DNA of 64,000 bases from Actinomycetota bacterium (GCA_017856385.1 JAFMFD010000008.1:506-64505), one strand, 5' to 3'; shown: positions 9,767 through 19,622, counted from the first letter of the stretch. The notes: generated by a model not told the origin, from the letters alone. Made by a program: numbers and translations.

Positions 9767-11026
9767 TCAGCCGCAGATTCGCACGATCATCCGGGCGATC
9801 GCCCGCGCGGCGTCGGTCACCTGCGCCACCGGCACGTACTCGTCGGGTGCATGCGCCGCCTGCGGGATCCCCGGGCCGTAGTGGACGGTCGGAATGCCGC
9901 CGAGGCCGGTGAGCAGCCGCAGGTCGGAGCCGTACGGGCCGCCGTAGACCTCAGGCTCGGTGCCAAAGATCGCCGCGTGCTCGTCGCTGACCGCGCGGAG
10001 GATCGGGTGGTCCGGATCCGTGCGGGCCGATGCGAACTGCCCGCCCCACCATGTGACCTCGACCGGGTGCTCCGCGAGCCATGGGTCCGCCGCGCAGGCC
10101 CGCGCGATGGTCGCCTCGAGGTCGGCGCGCGCCTGCTCGACGGTCTCGCCGATGGCAACGCCGAGACGGCCCTCCGCGATCAGCAGGTCGGGCACGGTCG
10201 ATGCCCAGTCACCTGCCTGGATCGTGCCGATCGACAGCGGGTACGCAATCGGCCAGCGCGACATGATCGGGTCGACCACGGCGTTGCGTCGCTCCTCGAG
10301 CTCCTGAAGGGCGCGCAGGATGACGGGGAACTTCTCGATGGTGCTGACGCCGGATGTCCGCATGGAGGCGTGGGCGGCGAGGCCGCGCAGGGTGAGGCGG
10401 AAGGTCAGCGCACCTCCGTTGCCGGGCACCAGGCCCAGGGCGGTGGGCTCGGTGATGATGCACATGTCCGCCCGCACCCCGTGGCGCAGCAGCGCGAACG
10501 TGCCCAGGCCGCCGTCCTCCTCGCCGCTGACCGGCGCCAGGATGACGTCGCCGCGCAGCGTGATGCCGGACTGCGCCACGGCGCGCACTGCGGCCCACAT
10601 GGCGGCGACGCCGGCCTTCATGTCGCAGGCGCCGCGCGCGACGAGGCAGTCCTCGCCGTCGACGCGCATGCGACGGGCGGTGAACGGGTCGGCGCTCCAG
10701 GCGTCGAGGTCGCCGGGCGGCACCACGTCGGTGTGCCCGTTGAGCAGCAGGGTCGGGCCGGTGCCGGAGCCCCGCAGTGTCGCCGTGACCCCCAGCGCAT
10801 GGCGCCGGTCGACCTCCATGCCGGGAAACTCGGGATCAGCCGCGAGGGCTGCCACGTCGATGTCCCAGCGGTCGATCTCCAGGCCCTCTTCCTGCCAGCG
10901 CTCGGCGAGCCATGCCTGCACCTCGACCTCCTCCGGCGTGCCTCCGGTGGAGGCGATGCCGAGCATGGCGACCAGGTCGTCGAGCAGGCGACCGTCGTCG
11001 AGGGCGTCGGGCACTGCGGGGGTCAT
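9767..11026 (-). CDS. M20-family metallopeptidase (ArgE/DapE/ACY1-like)
   Basis: Motifs LLLNGHTDVVPPGD, GACDMKAG, SGEEDGGLG. Real start is ATG 11026 (MTPAVPDALDD) inside the 655-aa ORF 9767..11734. Confidence 0.85.
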   Translation of the reverse strand: MTPAVPDALDDGRLLDDLVAMLGIASTGGTPEEVEVQAWLAERWQEEGLEIDRWDIDVAALAADPEFPGMEVDRRHALGVTATLRGSGTGPTLLLNGHTDVVPPGDLDAWSADPFTARRMRVDGEDCLVARGACDMKAGVAAMWAAVRAVAQSGITLRGDVILAPVSGEEDGGLGTFALLRHGVRADMCIITEPTALGLVPGNGGALTFRLTLRGLAAHASMRTSGVSTIEKFPVILRALQELEERRNAVVDPIMSRWPIAYPLSIGTIQAGDWASTVPDLLIAEGRLGVAIGETVEQARADLEATIARACAADPWLAEHPVEVTWWGGQFASARTDPDHPILRAVSDEHAAIFGTEPEVYGGPYGSDLRLLTGLGGIPTVHYGPGIPQAAHAPDEYVPVAQVTDAARAIARMIVRICG

Positions 11027-11134
11027 GGCCCAATCCTGTCGCGGATTCGGTTGTGCCGGGGCAGGTGGGGGGCCATGATCGGGTGCGTTCCGCGCCCGCA
11101 GGGCGACGGAACGCTGGCCCCGGGAGGTGCGGGC

Positions 11135-11872
11135 ATGCGGCAGGGTCCCTCGGTCGCCGGATCCGCGGTGGCGGGTGCGGCAGTGCTGGCCGGTCTGCTC
11201 ATGATCGGTGTCCCGGCGTCCGCTCAGGAGTCCGGTCCTCGTGTGGGGGAGTGCTACGACCTCGTCGACGCGGAGCTCACCGGGACGTGGGTCGAGGCCG
11301 CGCCCGTGGCGTGCGACGGCCGCCACACCCTCCAGGTGACGTCCGTGGTGGCGATCTCGCCCGATGCCGATCCGGTGGCGACGGCGCGACAGGTGTGCGG
11401 GGCCCTCGGGGTATGGAACGAGGTGGGCGTGAACCGTCCCGTGGCGGGCCTGGTCCGCGAGCCGCTGCGCATCGAGCCCCGGGCGTTCGCCGTGCGCGGT
11501 GACGAGCCGGTGCTCGCCTGCGGTGCGTCGGTGGTGGCCTGGGATCCCCGCGGGCGGCCCGGAGTGGTCGACCAGCCGACCTCGCTGGATGCGCTCGGTC
11601 CGCGGGCCCTGGCGGCGCTGCGGCACTGCATCGAGCCGACCGCCTCGCCGCAGTCCCTGCCCGCGCCGACCGTCCCGTGTGATCGTCGGCCGCGCTGGCA
11701 GGTGGACTCGTGGATCCTCTGGACGGCTTTCCACGATGGCTACCCCGGCCGTGCGGTGCTCAAGGCGCAGGCCCGGCGCCTGTGCGGCGAGCAGGCGCGG
11801 TTCTCCGTGCCCACGCGCACGGCGTGGGCCGAGGGGCTGCCCCGTACGTGGTGCCTCACCCGCGTCACGTGA
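11135..11872 (+). CDS. secreted Cys-rich protein, possibly septum-formation-family domain
   Basis: Only the 3' end of the 948-aa ORF 9026..11872 is non-antisense. ATG 11135 gives a signal peptide (AVLAGLLMIGVPASAQE) and repeated Cys/His pattern (GECYDL...VACDGRHTLQV). Family call is from memory and tentative. Confidence 0.6.
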   Translation: MRQGPSVAGSAVAGAAVLAGLLMIGVPASAQESGPRVGECYDLVDAELTGTWVEAAPVACDGRHTLQVTSVVAISPDADPVATARQVCGALGVWNEVGVNRPVAGLVREPLRIEPRAFAVRGDEPVLACGASVVAWDPRGRPGVVDQPTSLDALGPRALAALRHCIEPTASPQSLPAPTVPCDRRPRWQVDSWILWTAFHDGYPGRAVLKAQARRLCGEQARFSVPTRTAWAEGLPRTWCLTRVT

Positions 11873-12060
11873 CGCAGTCGGTGGCCGATTCGTGTCCGAT
11901 TAATACAGATTTGTCACTATATTTTCACGGAAGTCTCTCGTGCTGCGCCTCGTGGCGCGGCGGCAGCGGGGGTGTGCTGCCCTAGTGTGGCGATGTCCGA
12001 AGGCGGCAGCGGCCGCCGACCGCGGCCACGCGGTTCCACGAGAACGACAGGAGGGCCCCG

Positions 12061-12216
12061 ATGGCCGAGAGCTACACCGGTGAGGCGTACTGCGTGAAGT
12101 GCAAGGAGAAGCGTGAGTTCACGGGCAACGTCGAGGAGACGAATGGCCGCCGCTTCGCCAAGGGCATCTGCCCCGTCTGCGGCACCAAGGTGACCCGCAT
12201 CCTGGGCAAGGCCTGA
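12061..12216 (+). CDS. small zinc-ribbon protein (DUF5679-like), 51 aa, absent from ORF track
   Basis: ATG 12061 preceded by ACAGGAGGG. MAESYTGEAYCVKCKEKREFTGNVEETNGRRFAKGICPVCGTKVTRILGKA with CxxC...CxxC. Followed by a strong hairpin. Confidence 0.7.
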   Translation: MAESYTGEAYCVKCKEKREFTGNVEETNGRRFAKGICPVCGTKVTRILGKA

Positions 12217-12242
12217 TCCACGGCTCGCCCCGCGCGAGCTGA

Positions 12243-12283
12243 AGGAGGAGGTGACCCCCGCGGTCACCTCCTCCTGTCATTTC
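12243..12283 (+). terminator. intrinsic-terminator-like hairpin after the zinc-ribbon gene
   Basis: Perfect 14-bp stem AGGAGGAGGTGACC / GGTCACCTCCTCCT (12243-12256 / 12262-12275), 5-nt loop, then GTCATTTCGG. Confidence 0.6.
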
Positions 12284-12299
12284 GGATTACCGTTCGTCC

Positions 12300-13637
12300 A
12301 TGAGTCAGCCCTTCGGCTTCGGCATCGGCGACGACGACGCCAGCTCGCGACCCGGTGGCTTCGATGCCGGCTCCTTCGACGCGAACTCGCTCGGGGCCAT
12401 GCTCCAGCGCCTCGGGGCGATGCTCCAGGCCGGCCAGTCGGGCCCGGATGCCGGCGGCCCGGTGAACTGGACGATGGTCACCGACGTGGCGCGATCAGCG
12501 ATCGTGCAGGCCAAGGACCCCTCGGTCTCCGACGCCGAGCGCCGTGCCGTCGTCGACGCGGTGCAGCTCGCCGACGTCTGGCTCGACCCCCAGGTGACCT
12601 TCCCGGCCGTGCCCGCGGCGCCCGCCGCGTGGAGCCGGTCGGAGTGGCTGGAGGCCACGCTGCCGGCCTGGCGGTCGGTCGTGCAGCCCATCGCCGAGCA
12701 CATGCAGCAGGTGGTGGCCCAGTCGATGCCCGGCACGACCGGCGGTGCACTCGACATCGAGCAGCTCTCGCAGAACCTGCCTGAGCAGATGCGCGACATG
12801 TTCCCCGGCGGCCTGCCGGCCGAGTTCTCCCAGATGCTCGCGCCGATGCTGGGCATGATGCAGCAGCTGGGGGCCGCGGCCTTCAGCATGCAGCTCGGCA
12901 ACGCGCTCGCCGCGCTGGCCTGCGACGTCGTCAGCTCGTCCGACATCGGCATACCGCTCACTGCGGTGTCGCAGTCGGCACTTCTCCCGCGAAACGTCGC
13001 AGCGTTCGGCGACGGGCTCGGGCTGCCCGGCGACGACGTGCGCCTGTACCTCGCGCTGCGCGAGGGTGCACACCAGCGCCTCTTCGCGCATGTCCCGTGG
13101 CTGCGCCACCGCATCACGGGTGCGGTCGAGGAGTACGCGCGCGGTGTGCGGGTCGACCCGGACCGACTGCAGGAGGCGATGGGCGAGGTCGACCTCACGC
13201 GCCCGGAGGGCCTCTCCGAGCTCATGGGCAGCGGCCTGCTCCAGCCCCAGCAGACCCCGGAGCAGGACGCTGCGGTCGCGCGCCTCGAGACGCTGCTCGC
13301 GCTCGTCGAGGGCTGGGTCGACGACGTCGTCGAGGAGGCTGTGGCGGGCCGGCTCCCCTCGGCCGTGGCACTGCGCGAGGCCGTGCGCCGTCGTCGAGCG
13401 GCCGGTGGGCCCGCCGAGCGCACGTTCGCCACCCTCGTCGGCATGGAGCTGCGCCCTCGGATGGCGCGGGAGGCGGCGACCCTGTTCGCGGTCGTGCGCG
13501 CCGGGCGAGGGATCGAGGGACGCGACGCCCTCTGGGGCCACCCGGACCTCCTGCCCGGGCCCGACGACCTCGCCGACCCCCTCGGCTTCATCGAGGCGAG
13601 CGCCACCGAGCTCGACTTCGGGCCCGACGCGCAGTGA
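12300..13637 (+). CDS. zinc-dependent metalloprotease, DUF2342 family
   Basis: 445-aa ORF with high GC3. Conserved actinobacterial family located here in mycobacterial synteny. Assignment from overall sequence resemblance and context. Confidence 0.7.
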   Translation: MSQPFGFGIGDDDASSRPGGFDAGSFDANSLGAMLQRLGAMLQAGQSGPDAGGPVNWTMVTDVARSAIVQAKDPSVSDAERRAVVDAVQLADVWLDPQVTFPAVPAAPAAWSRSEWLEATLPAWRSVVQPIAEHMQQVVAQSMPGTTGGALDIEQLSQNLPEQMRDMFPGGLPAEFSQMLAPMLGMMQQLGAAAFSMQLGNALAALACDVVSSSDIGIPLTAVSQSALLPRNVAAFGDGLGLPGDDVRLYLALREGAHQRLFAHVPWLRHRITGAVEEYARGVRVDPDRLQEAMGEVDLTRPEGLSELMGSGLLQPQQTPEQDAAVARLETLLALVEGWVDDVVEEAVAGRLPSAVALREAVRRRRAAGGPAERTFATLVGMELRPRMAREAATLFAVVRAGRGIEGRDALWGHPDLLPGPDDLADPLGFIEASATELDFGPDAQ

Positions 13638-14185
13638 CGCATCCCCTCGCCGACCTGCACGCCGACGCACGGCAGTTGCTTGCGCGCTGGGACCACCCCG
13701 ACGCGAGTCAGCGCCGGCTGCGCGACGAGTACCTGGCTTTCCTCGCCGAGCACCCGGACGCCATGCATCGTGACTGCCGCATCGGGCACCTGACGTCGAG
13801 CGCACTCGTCATGGACACCTCACGCGAGCGCGTCCTGCTCACGCTGCACCCCCGCGTGGGCCGCTGGCTGCAGCTCGGCGGCCACAACGAGCCGGGCGAT
13901 GCCTCGGTCCGGGCGGCCGCGCAGCGCGAGGCGGTCGAGGAGAGCGGGATCGCGCACGTGTCGATCGGTGCCGAGCCGCTACGCCTGGACCGCCACCCGG
14001 TGCCGTGCGGCGGCAGTCCCAGCGTCCACCTCGACGTGCAGTACCTGGCTGAGGTCGACGACGACGCGGTCCCCGTCATCAGCGACGAGTCCGACGACCT
14101 GCGGTGGTTCACGCTGGACCAGGTGCCGGCCGATCTCGATCCCTCGGTGCGTGCGCTCATCGCCGATGCGCTGCGTACCGGTTGA
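13634..14185 (+). CDS. NUDIX hydrolase
   Basis: GTG 13634 overlaps the upstream stop (GTGA). Nudix box GGHNEPGDASVRAAAQREAVEESG. Confidence 0.8.
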   Translation: MTHPLADLHADARQLLARWDHPDASQRRLRDEYLAFLAEHPDAMHRDCRIGHLTSSALVMDTSRERVLLTLHPRVGRWLQLGGHNEPGDASVRAAAQREAVEESGIAHVSIGAEPLRLDRHPVPCGGSPSVHLDVQYLAEVDDDAVPVISDESDDLRWFTLDQVPADLDPSVRALIADALRTG

Positions 14186-14186
14186 C

Positions 14187-14212
14187 GCAACGGTGGCCCG
14201 CTCCACCGTTGC
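14187..14212 (+). terminator. hairpin immediately after NUDIX stop
   Basis: 10-bp perfect stem GCAACGGTGG / CCACCGTTGC with 6-nt loop. No U-tract. Confidence 0.4.
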
Positions 14213-14425
14213 ATGACGTCCACGTGAACAGCAGGACACGCATCCCGACGAATTTTGCTCCACAGGCTGGGTACGGCGTTCTGCCTGCTCAGCGGCATGA
14301 TCCGCGGGGGGTCCCCAGCCCCATCCCCAGCGCTATGCACGCCTCCTCCACAGTGCGCGGCCCGCTCATCCCAAAGGCATGCACAGGACTTCCACAGCAC
14401 GGGTGAACGAATTCGGGGGACACCG

Positions 14426-14454
14426 TTGACGACCCCTGTGCTGGTCCCTAGTTT
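14426..14454 (+). promoter_or_regulatory. sigma-A-like promoter candidate
   Basis: TTGACG (14426-14431), 17-nt spacer, TAGTTT (14449-14454). About 150 nt upstream of the next start codon. Confidence 0.4.
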
Positions 14455-14606
14455 CTCCCCGTCGGACCCCCCGGATAACACACCGACGCGCAAGGGGAAG
14501 GCGCGTGGGTGGAGAGCCCGGGGGGTCCAGCTGCTCTCCGGCCCGACGTAGGCTGAACCAGCGCCGGGGACCACCCGGTGCCGAAGTCCCCGGCGAAGGA
14601 GCAGCC

Positions 14607-14810
14607 ATGTCCGCCCTGATGTGGTGGCTCATCCCCATCGGGGCCACGGTGCTCGCGCTCGGATTCGTGCTCCTCCGCAGCCGCCCGGCCCGGCCTACCA
14701 CGGCGGAGGACTCCATGCAGAGCCTGCGCAGGATGCAGCAGGCCATGGAGCGCCCGCTGCCGAGCGCGCCGCCACCGGACGATCCGGCCGATCGACCGGG
14801 GTCGCCATGA
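14607..14810 (+). CDS. small membrane protein (67 aa)
   Basis: ATG 14607 preceded by GAAGGAG. One TM helix (LMWWLIPIGATVLALGFVLL). Stop overlaps the next ATG (ATGA). Confidence 0.6.
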   Translation: MSALMWWLIPIGATVLALGFVLLRSRPARPTTAEDSMQSLRRMQQAMERPLPSAPPPDDPADRPGSP

Positions 14811-15937
14811 GCGGGCTCGCGGACGACCTGGTGTCGGTCGATGCTCCCGCCCGCCGACGCTGGCTGCCGGGGCGCCGCGCCGTGGTCCTGATCGTCAGTG
14901 CGGCGACCACCCTCGGCCTGCTCGCCGTCGCCTGGCTGCTGCCCGTCCCCTTCGTCAAGCTCGCGCCCGGGCCCACGTTCAACGTCATCGGCGAGCAGGA
15001 CGGCCGGCCCGTCATCGAGATCGAGGGCACGACCACGTACCCCGTCACCGGGATCCTCGACATGACGACGGTGCTGGAGTCCGGCGGCCCGCGTGGCGGG
15101 CTGACGTTCGTCGAGGCGATCGAGTCGTGGCTGGATCCGTCGGACGCAGTGCTGCCGCGGGAGATGTTGTTCCCCGACGACCTCTCCGGCGAGGAGCTCC
15201 GCTCGCGCCAGGCCGCGCTGTTCAGCACGTCGGGCTCGTTCGCGGTAGCGGCCGCGATGGACTTCCTCGGTCGGCCCGTGACGTCGACCGTCGTCATCAA
15301 CGCGGTGTACCCCGACTCGCCTGCGGAGGACGTCTTCCGCACGCAGGATCAGATCATCTCCGTCGACGGGGTTGACGTCGCCGAGCCGAACGACGTGGTC
15401 GACGCGGTGCGGTCCCAGCCGATCGGCTCCGCACTGGAGATCACCATCCTGCGCGAGGACGACGAGTCCGGTGCGAGCGAGCAGACCGTGACGGTGACCA
15501 CGGCCGACAACCCTGACAACCCCGGGACCCCGTACCTGGGCATCGGTGTCGCGGACCTCTACGCAGCGGAGTTCCCGATCGAGTTCACCCTCGAGGACGT
15601 CGGCGGCCCCAGCGCCGGGCTGATGTTCGCCCTCGGGATCATCGACAAGCTGACGCCCGAGGACCTCACCGCAGCGGACCACATCGCCGGCACGGGGACG
15701 ATCACCCCCGACGGCAAGGTCGGCCCGATCGGCGGCATCCGACAGAAGGTCGCGGGGGCGCGCGAGGCAGGCGCGAACCTGTTCCTCATGCCCGTCGACC
15801 ATTGCGAGGAGATCGTCGGCCATGTCCCCGACGGCCTGACGGTCGCTGCGGTCAGCACTCTCGACGAGGCCGTGGCGGCGCTGCGGGCGCACGCCGAGGG
15901 GGCGCCCGTGGCCGCCTGCCCGACGGAGACGGCGTGA
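14807..15937 (+). CDS. PDZ domain-containing Lon-like (S16) serine protease, membrane anchored
   Basis: N-terminal TM, PDZ segment, Lon catalytic motif GGPSAGLMFALGI and downstream Lys (GGIRQKVAGA). Rv3194c-type position. Confidence 0.85.
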   Translation: MSGLADDLVSVDAPARRRWLPGRRAVVLIVSAATTLGLLAVAWLLPVPFVKLAPGPTFNVIGEQDGRPVIEIEGTTTYPVTGILDMTTVLESGGPRGGLTFVEAIESWLDPSDAVLPREMLFPDDLSGEELRSRQAALFSTSGSFAVAAAMDFLGRPVTSTVVINAVYPDSPAEDVFRTQDQIISVDGVDVAEPNDVVDAVRSQPIGSALEITILREDDESGASEQTVTVTTADNPDNPGTPYLGIGVADLYAAEFPIEFTLEDVGGPSAGLMFALGIIDKLTPEDLTAADHIAGTGTITPDGKVGPIGGIRQKVAGAREAGANLFLMPVDHCEEIVGHVPDGLTVAAVSTLDEAVAALRAHAEGAPVAACPTETA

Positions 15938-16008
15938 GCGTCGGCGCCTGGCGTGGGGGCGGCCATGCTCGTTCGGCTTGATCGTCGAGGCTGTCGTAGG
16001 TTGGTCAC

Positions 16009-19000
16009 GTGAGTTTCCAGATGCCCGGCATGGGCGGCGACGCTCCCGGATCGGTCGATGCCGCGCCCCGCCGTCGCAGCGTCCTGATCCCCACGATCAT
16101 CGTCCTTGCGGTCCTCGTCGGCGCCTTCGTGCTGTTCTCCGGCTACTACACCGACTGGCTCTGGTTCGTCTCGGTCGACAAGACGGAAGTCTTCACCACC
16201 TCGATCCTCACGCGGCTGGCCATGTTCGCGATCTTCGGGCTCGTCATGGCCCTCGTGGTCGGCCTGGCCATGTGGCTGGCCTGGCGGACGCGACCGCCCT
16301 TCACCGGCACGACGCCGGAGCAGGCGAGCCTCGAGCGCTACCGGATCGCCATCGACCCCTACCGACGTCGCATCACGATCGTCCTGGCCCTGCTCATCGG
16401 CTCGGTGGCAGGCCTGACGGCCTCGGGCGAGTGGGGCACCTACCTGCTCTGGCGCAACGCCACCGAGTTCGGCATCGAGGACCCGCAGTTCGGCCTGGAC
16501 CTGTCGTTCTTCACGTTCACGCTTCCGTTCGTGCAGTTCCTGCTCGCCTACGGGTTCTCCGTCGTGGTCGTCACGACGATCCTCGTGGTGATCGTGCAGT
16601 ACCTGTACGGCGGCCTACGCCTGCAGCCACGGGGCGACCGGGCCACCGTCGCGGCCCAGGCTCAGCTCAGCGTCCTGATCGGGCTGTTCCTGCTGCTCAA
16701 GGCAGCGGCCTACTGGTTCGACCGCTTCGCGCTCGACACCAAGAGCCAGCAGCTCGTGGCCGGTTTCACGGGCCTGAAGTACACGGACGTCCACGCGGTG
16801 CTCCCGTCGCTGAACATCCTCGCCGCCATCGCCGTGCTCGTCGCAGCTCTCTTCTTCGTCAACGCGTTCCGCCGTCACTGGGCGGTGCCGGTGATCGGCG
16901 CCCTGCTGCTCGTCGCCACCAGCATCGTGGCGGGCCTGATCTACCCGATGATCGTGCAGCAGTTCCAGGTTCGACCCAGCGAGCTGGTGCGCGAGCAGCC
17001 CTACCTCGAGCGCAACATCAATGCCACGCGAGCGGCCTACGACATCGCGGATGCGGAGATCACCGACTACCCGGGCACCGTGGAGCCGCCCACGGCCGAG
17101 GTCCTGCAGGCGTCGTCAGGAACGCTCAATGCCATCCGGCTCATCGATCCTGCGATCGTCTCGCCGACGTTCAACCAGCTGCAGCAGATCCGCGGCTACT
17201 ACTCGTTCAACAGCACGCTTGACGTCGACCGCTACTCCCTCGACGACAGCAAGCGCGGTGCCGTCGTCGCCGTCCGCGAGATCAACCTGGCGGGAATCCC
17301 CGACGGCCAGCGCAACTGGACCAACGACCGTGCCGTCTACACGCACGGCTACGGAGTCGTCGCGGCCTACGACAACACCTCGCTGACGAACGGCCAGCCG
17401 GACTTCTTCGAGAGCGACATCCCCTCGCAGGGCGAGCTGGAGCTCGAGCAGCCGCGGGTGTACTTCGGTGAACTCTCACCCGCCTACAGCATCGTCGGCG
17501 CGCCCGACGGGTCGCCGCCGATCGAACTGGACTACCCGGACGACACCAGCCCGACCGGCCAGAAGACCAACACCTACGAGGGCTCCGGTGGCGTGCCCAT
17601 GGGCAGCCTGCTCGGGCGCCTGTTGTTCGCGACCAAGTTCCAGGACGCGAACATCCTGCTCTCGGACCTCGTCAACACCGACTCGCGCATCCTGTGGGAC
17701 CGCGGGCCCCTGACGCGGGTCGAGAAGGTCGCGCCGTGGCTGACGCTCGACCAGGACCCCTACCCGGTCGTGGTCGAGGGCCGCATCAAGTGGATCGTCG
17801 ACGGCTACACGGTCTCGAACGAGTACCCGTACGCCAGCCGCGTGAGCCTGAGCGACGCCACGAGCGATTCCGTGAGCGCGCGGACCCTGCCCAGCGGGCT
17901 GCTTCCGCGCGACCAGGTCAACTACATCCGCAACTCCGTCAAGGCGGTCGTCGACGCGTACGACGGCACCGTCACCCTGTACGCGTGGGACGGTCAGGAT
18001 CCGGTCCTGCAGACCTGGATGAAGGCGTTTCCCGGGATCGTCGAGCCCGTGAGCTCGATGCCCGAGTCGATCATGGCCCACGTGCGCTACCCGCAGGACC
18101 TGTTCAAGGTGCAGCGGGCGATCCTCAGCCGCTACCACGTGACCGATCCGACGACCTTCTACAACGCCTCGGACGTCTGGATCGTGCCCAATGACCCGAC
18201 GGTGACGCCGGCGGAGGTCTTCCAGCCGCCGTACTACCTGACGGTGCAGATGCCCGGGCAGGCCGAGCCGACGTTCTCGCTGACGACGACGTTCGCCCCG
18301 CAGCGCCGGCAGACGCTTGCGGCGTTCATGGCTGTGGACTCGGCTCCGGGGGAGGGCTACGGCCGGATGCGCGTGCTCCAGTTGCCCAGCAACACCACGA
18401 TCCCCGGCCCTCAGCAGGTGCAGAACAACTTCGAGTCCGATCCGACGGTGTCCAGCCAGCTCAGCCTGCTTCGCCGGGGTGGCTCGGAGGTCGAGCTCGG
18501 CAACCTGTTGAGCCTGCCGTTCAACGGTGGGCTGCTCTACGTCGAACCGGTCTACATTCGCGCGGCCCAGGACGGCTACCCGCTCCTTCGCAAGGTGCTC
18601 GTCGGGTATGGCGAGAACGTCGCGCTGGAGAACACGCTCGACGTCGCCCTCGCGAAGGTGTTCGGCACGAGTCCGGACGCCACGCCGGAGCCAACGGTCG
18701 ACGACGAGCTCGGCCAACTCGAGGGCGAGGTCACTGAGGAGACCCCACCGATCGAGCCGGAGCCGCCGGCGACGACCGGAGATCCGGCGACCGATCTCGC
18801 CATCGCCGTCGCGGAGGCGCAGCGCGCCTACCAGGACGGCCAGGTCGCGCTGGCCAAGGGCGACTTCGCGGCCTACGGCGAGGCGCAGGACAGGCTCAAG
18901 GCCGCGCTCGACGCGATCGCGCAAGCCGAGGCTGCGCTGACGGGCGGGCAGCTGCTCCCCGAGGAGCCTCCGGTCGAGGAGGCTCCAGCCGATGAGGGTG

Positions 19001-19026
19001 TGCAGTCGGAGGGCACGGCTGCGTGA
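16009..19026 (+). CDS. UPF0182 family large membrane protein
   Basis: 1005 aa, several N-terminal TM helices and a large extracytoplasmic domain. Rv3193c-type position. Confidence 0.85.
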   Translation: MSFQMPGMGGDAPGSVDAAPRRRSVLIPTIIVLAVLVGAFVLFSGYYTDWLWFVSVDKTEVFTTSILTRLAMFAIFGLVMALVVGLAMWLAWRTRPPFTGTTPEQASLERYRIAIDPYRRRITIVLALLIGSVAGLTASGEWGTYLLWRNATEFGIEDPQFGLDLSFFTFTLPFVQFLLAYGFSVVVVTTILVVIVQYLYGGLRLQPRGDRATVAAQAQLSVLIGLFLLLKAAAYWFDRFALDTKSQQLVAGFTGLKYTDVHAVLPSLNILAAIAVLVAALFFVNAFRRHWAVPVIGALLLVATSIVAGLIYPMIVQQFQVRPSELVREQPYLERNINATRAAYDIADAEITDYPGTVEPPTAEVLQASSGTLNAIRLIDPAIVSPTFNQLQQIRGYYSFNSTLDVDRYSLDDSKRGAVVAVREINLAGIPDGQRNWTNDRAVYTHGYGVVAAYDNTSLTNGQPDFFESDIPSQGELELEQPRVYFGELSPAYSIVGAPDGSPPIELDYPDDTSPTGQKTNTYEGSGGVPMGSLLGRLLFATKFQDANILLSDLVNTDSRILWDRGPLTRVEKVAPWLTLDQDPYPVVVEGRIKWIVDGYTVSNEYPYASRVSLSDATSDSVSARTLPSGLLPRDQVNYIRNSVKAVVDAYDGTVTLYAWDGQDPVLQTWMKAFPGIVEPVSSMPESIMAHVRYPQDLFKVQRAILSRYHVTDPTTFYNASDVWIVPNDPTVTPAEVFQPPYYLTVQMPGQAEPTFSLTTTFAPQRRQTLAAFMAVDSAPGEGYGRMRVLQLPSNTTIPGPQQVQNNFESDPTVSSQLSLLRRGGSEVELGNLLSLPFNGGLLYVEPVYIRAAQDGYPLLRKVLVGYGENVALENTLDVALAKVFGTSPDATPEPTVDDELGQLEGEVTEETPPIEPEPPATTGDPATDLAIAVAEAQRAYQDGQVALAKGDFAAYGEAQDRLKAALDAIAQAEAALTGGQLLPEEPPVEEAPADEGVQSEGTAA

Positions 19027-19622
19027 CCGCGGAGTACTGGGACGGGCGCTACGCCGACATCGGTGCGACGCAGGTCTCCTGGTTTCAGGCAAGCCCGGAT
19101 ACCAGCCTGATGCTGATCCGCAGCATCGCGGGCGCGTCGGCGAGCGTCGTCGATGTCGGCGGGGGTGCGAGCACGCTGGTCGACCACCTGCTCGAGTTCG
19201 GCCATCACGACCTCACCGTCGTCGACCACAGCCAGCAGGCGCTGGGCGAGGCCCGCGCCCGGGTCGGGGAGGCCCCGGTGCACTGGGTCGTCAGCGACAT
19301 CCGGGACTGGCAGCCCGACCGCACCTTCGACGTGTGGCATGACCGTGCGGCCTACCACTTCCTCACCGACGCCGAGGACCAGAAGCGCTACTGGGAGCTC
19401 GTGCGCGCCAGCGTCCCCGTGGGCGGCCATGTCGTGATGGCGACATTCGCCGAGGACGGCCCGCAGATGTGCTCCGGCCTCCCCGTGCAGCGCTACAGCG
19501 CTGAGGGGCTCGCGGCAGCCATGGGGGAGGGCTTCGAGGTGCTCGAGACCCTTCGCGAGCAGCACGCCACCCCCAGCGGTGGTACGCAGTCGTTCCAGTG
19601 GGTGCTCGCCAAACGGATCTGA
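19023..19622 (+). CDS. class I SAM-dependent methyltransferase
   Basis: GTGA overlap with the upstream stop. Motif I VVDVGGGASTL. Confidence 0.8.
   Translation: MTAEYWDGRYADIGATQVSWFQASPDTSLMLIRSIAGASASVVDVGGGASTLVDHLLEFGHHDLTVVDHSQQALGEARARVGEAPVHWVVSDIRDWQPDRTFDVWHDRAAYHFLTDAEDQKRYWELVRASVPVGGHVVMATFAEDGPQMCSGLPVQRYSAEGLAAAMGEGFEVLETLREQHATPSGGTQSFQWVLAKRI

Noticed and set aside
9026-11134. First ~700 codons of the 948-aa plus-strand ORF 9026..11872
   Set aside because: It is entirely antisense to the E1-like and M20 peptidase genes and has Arg/Gly/Pro/Ala-rich composition typical of shadow ORFs in high-GC DNA. Only the non-overlapping 3' part (11135-11872, with a signal peptide) is called.
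14255-14551. 98-aa ORF filling the large intergenic region
   Set aside because: It has a TTG start without an SD, a Pro/Ser-rich low-complexity product and GC3 of roughly 75% against over 90% in real genes. A good promoter lies inside it.
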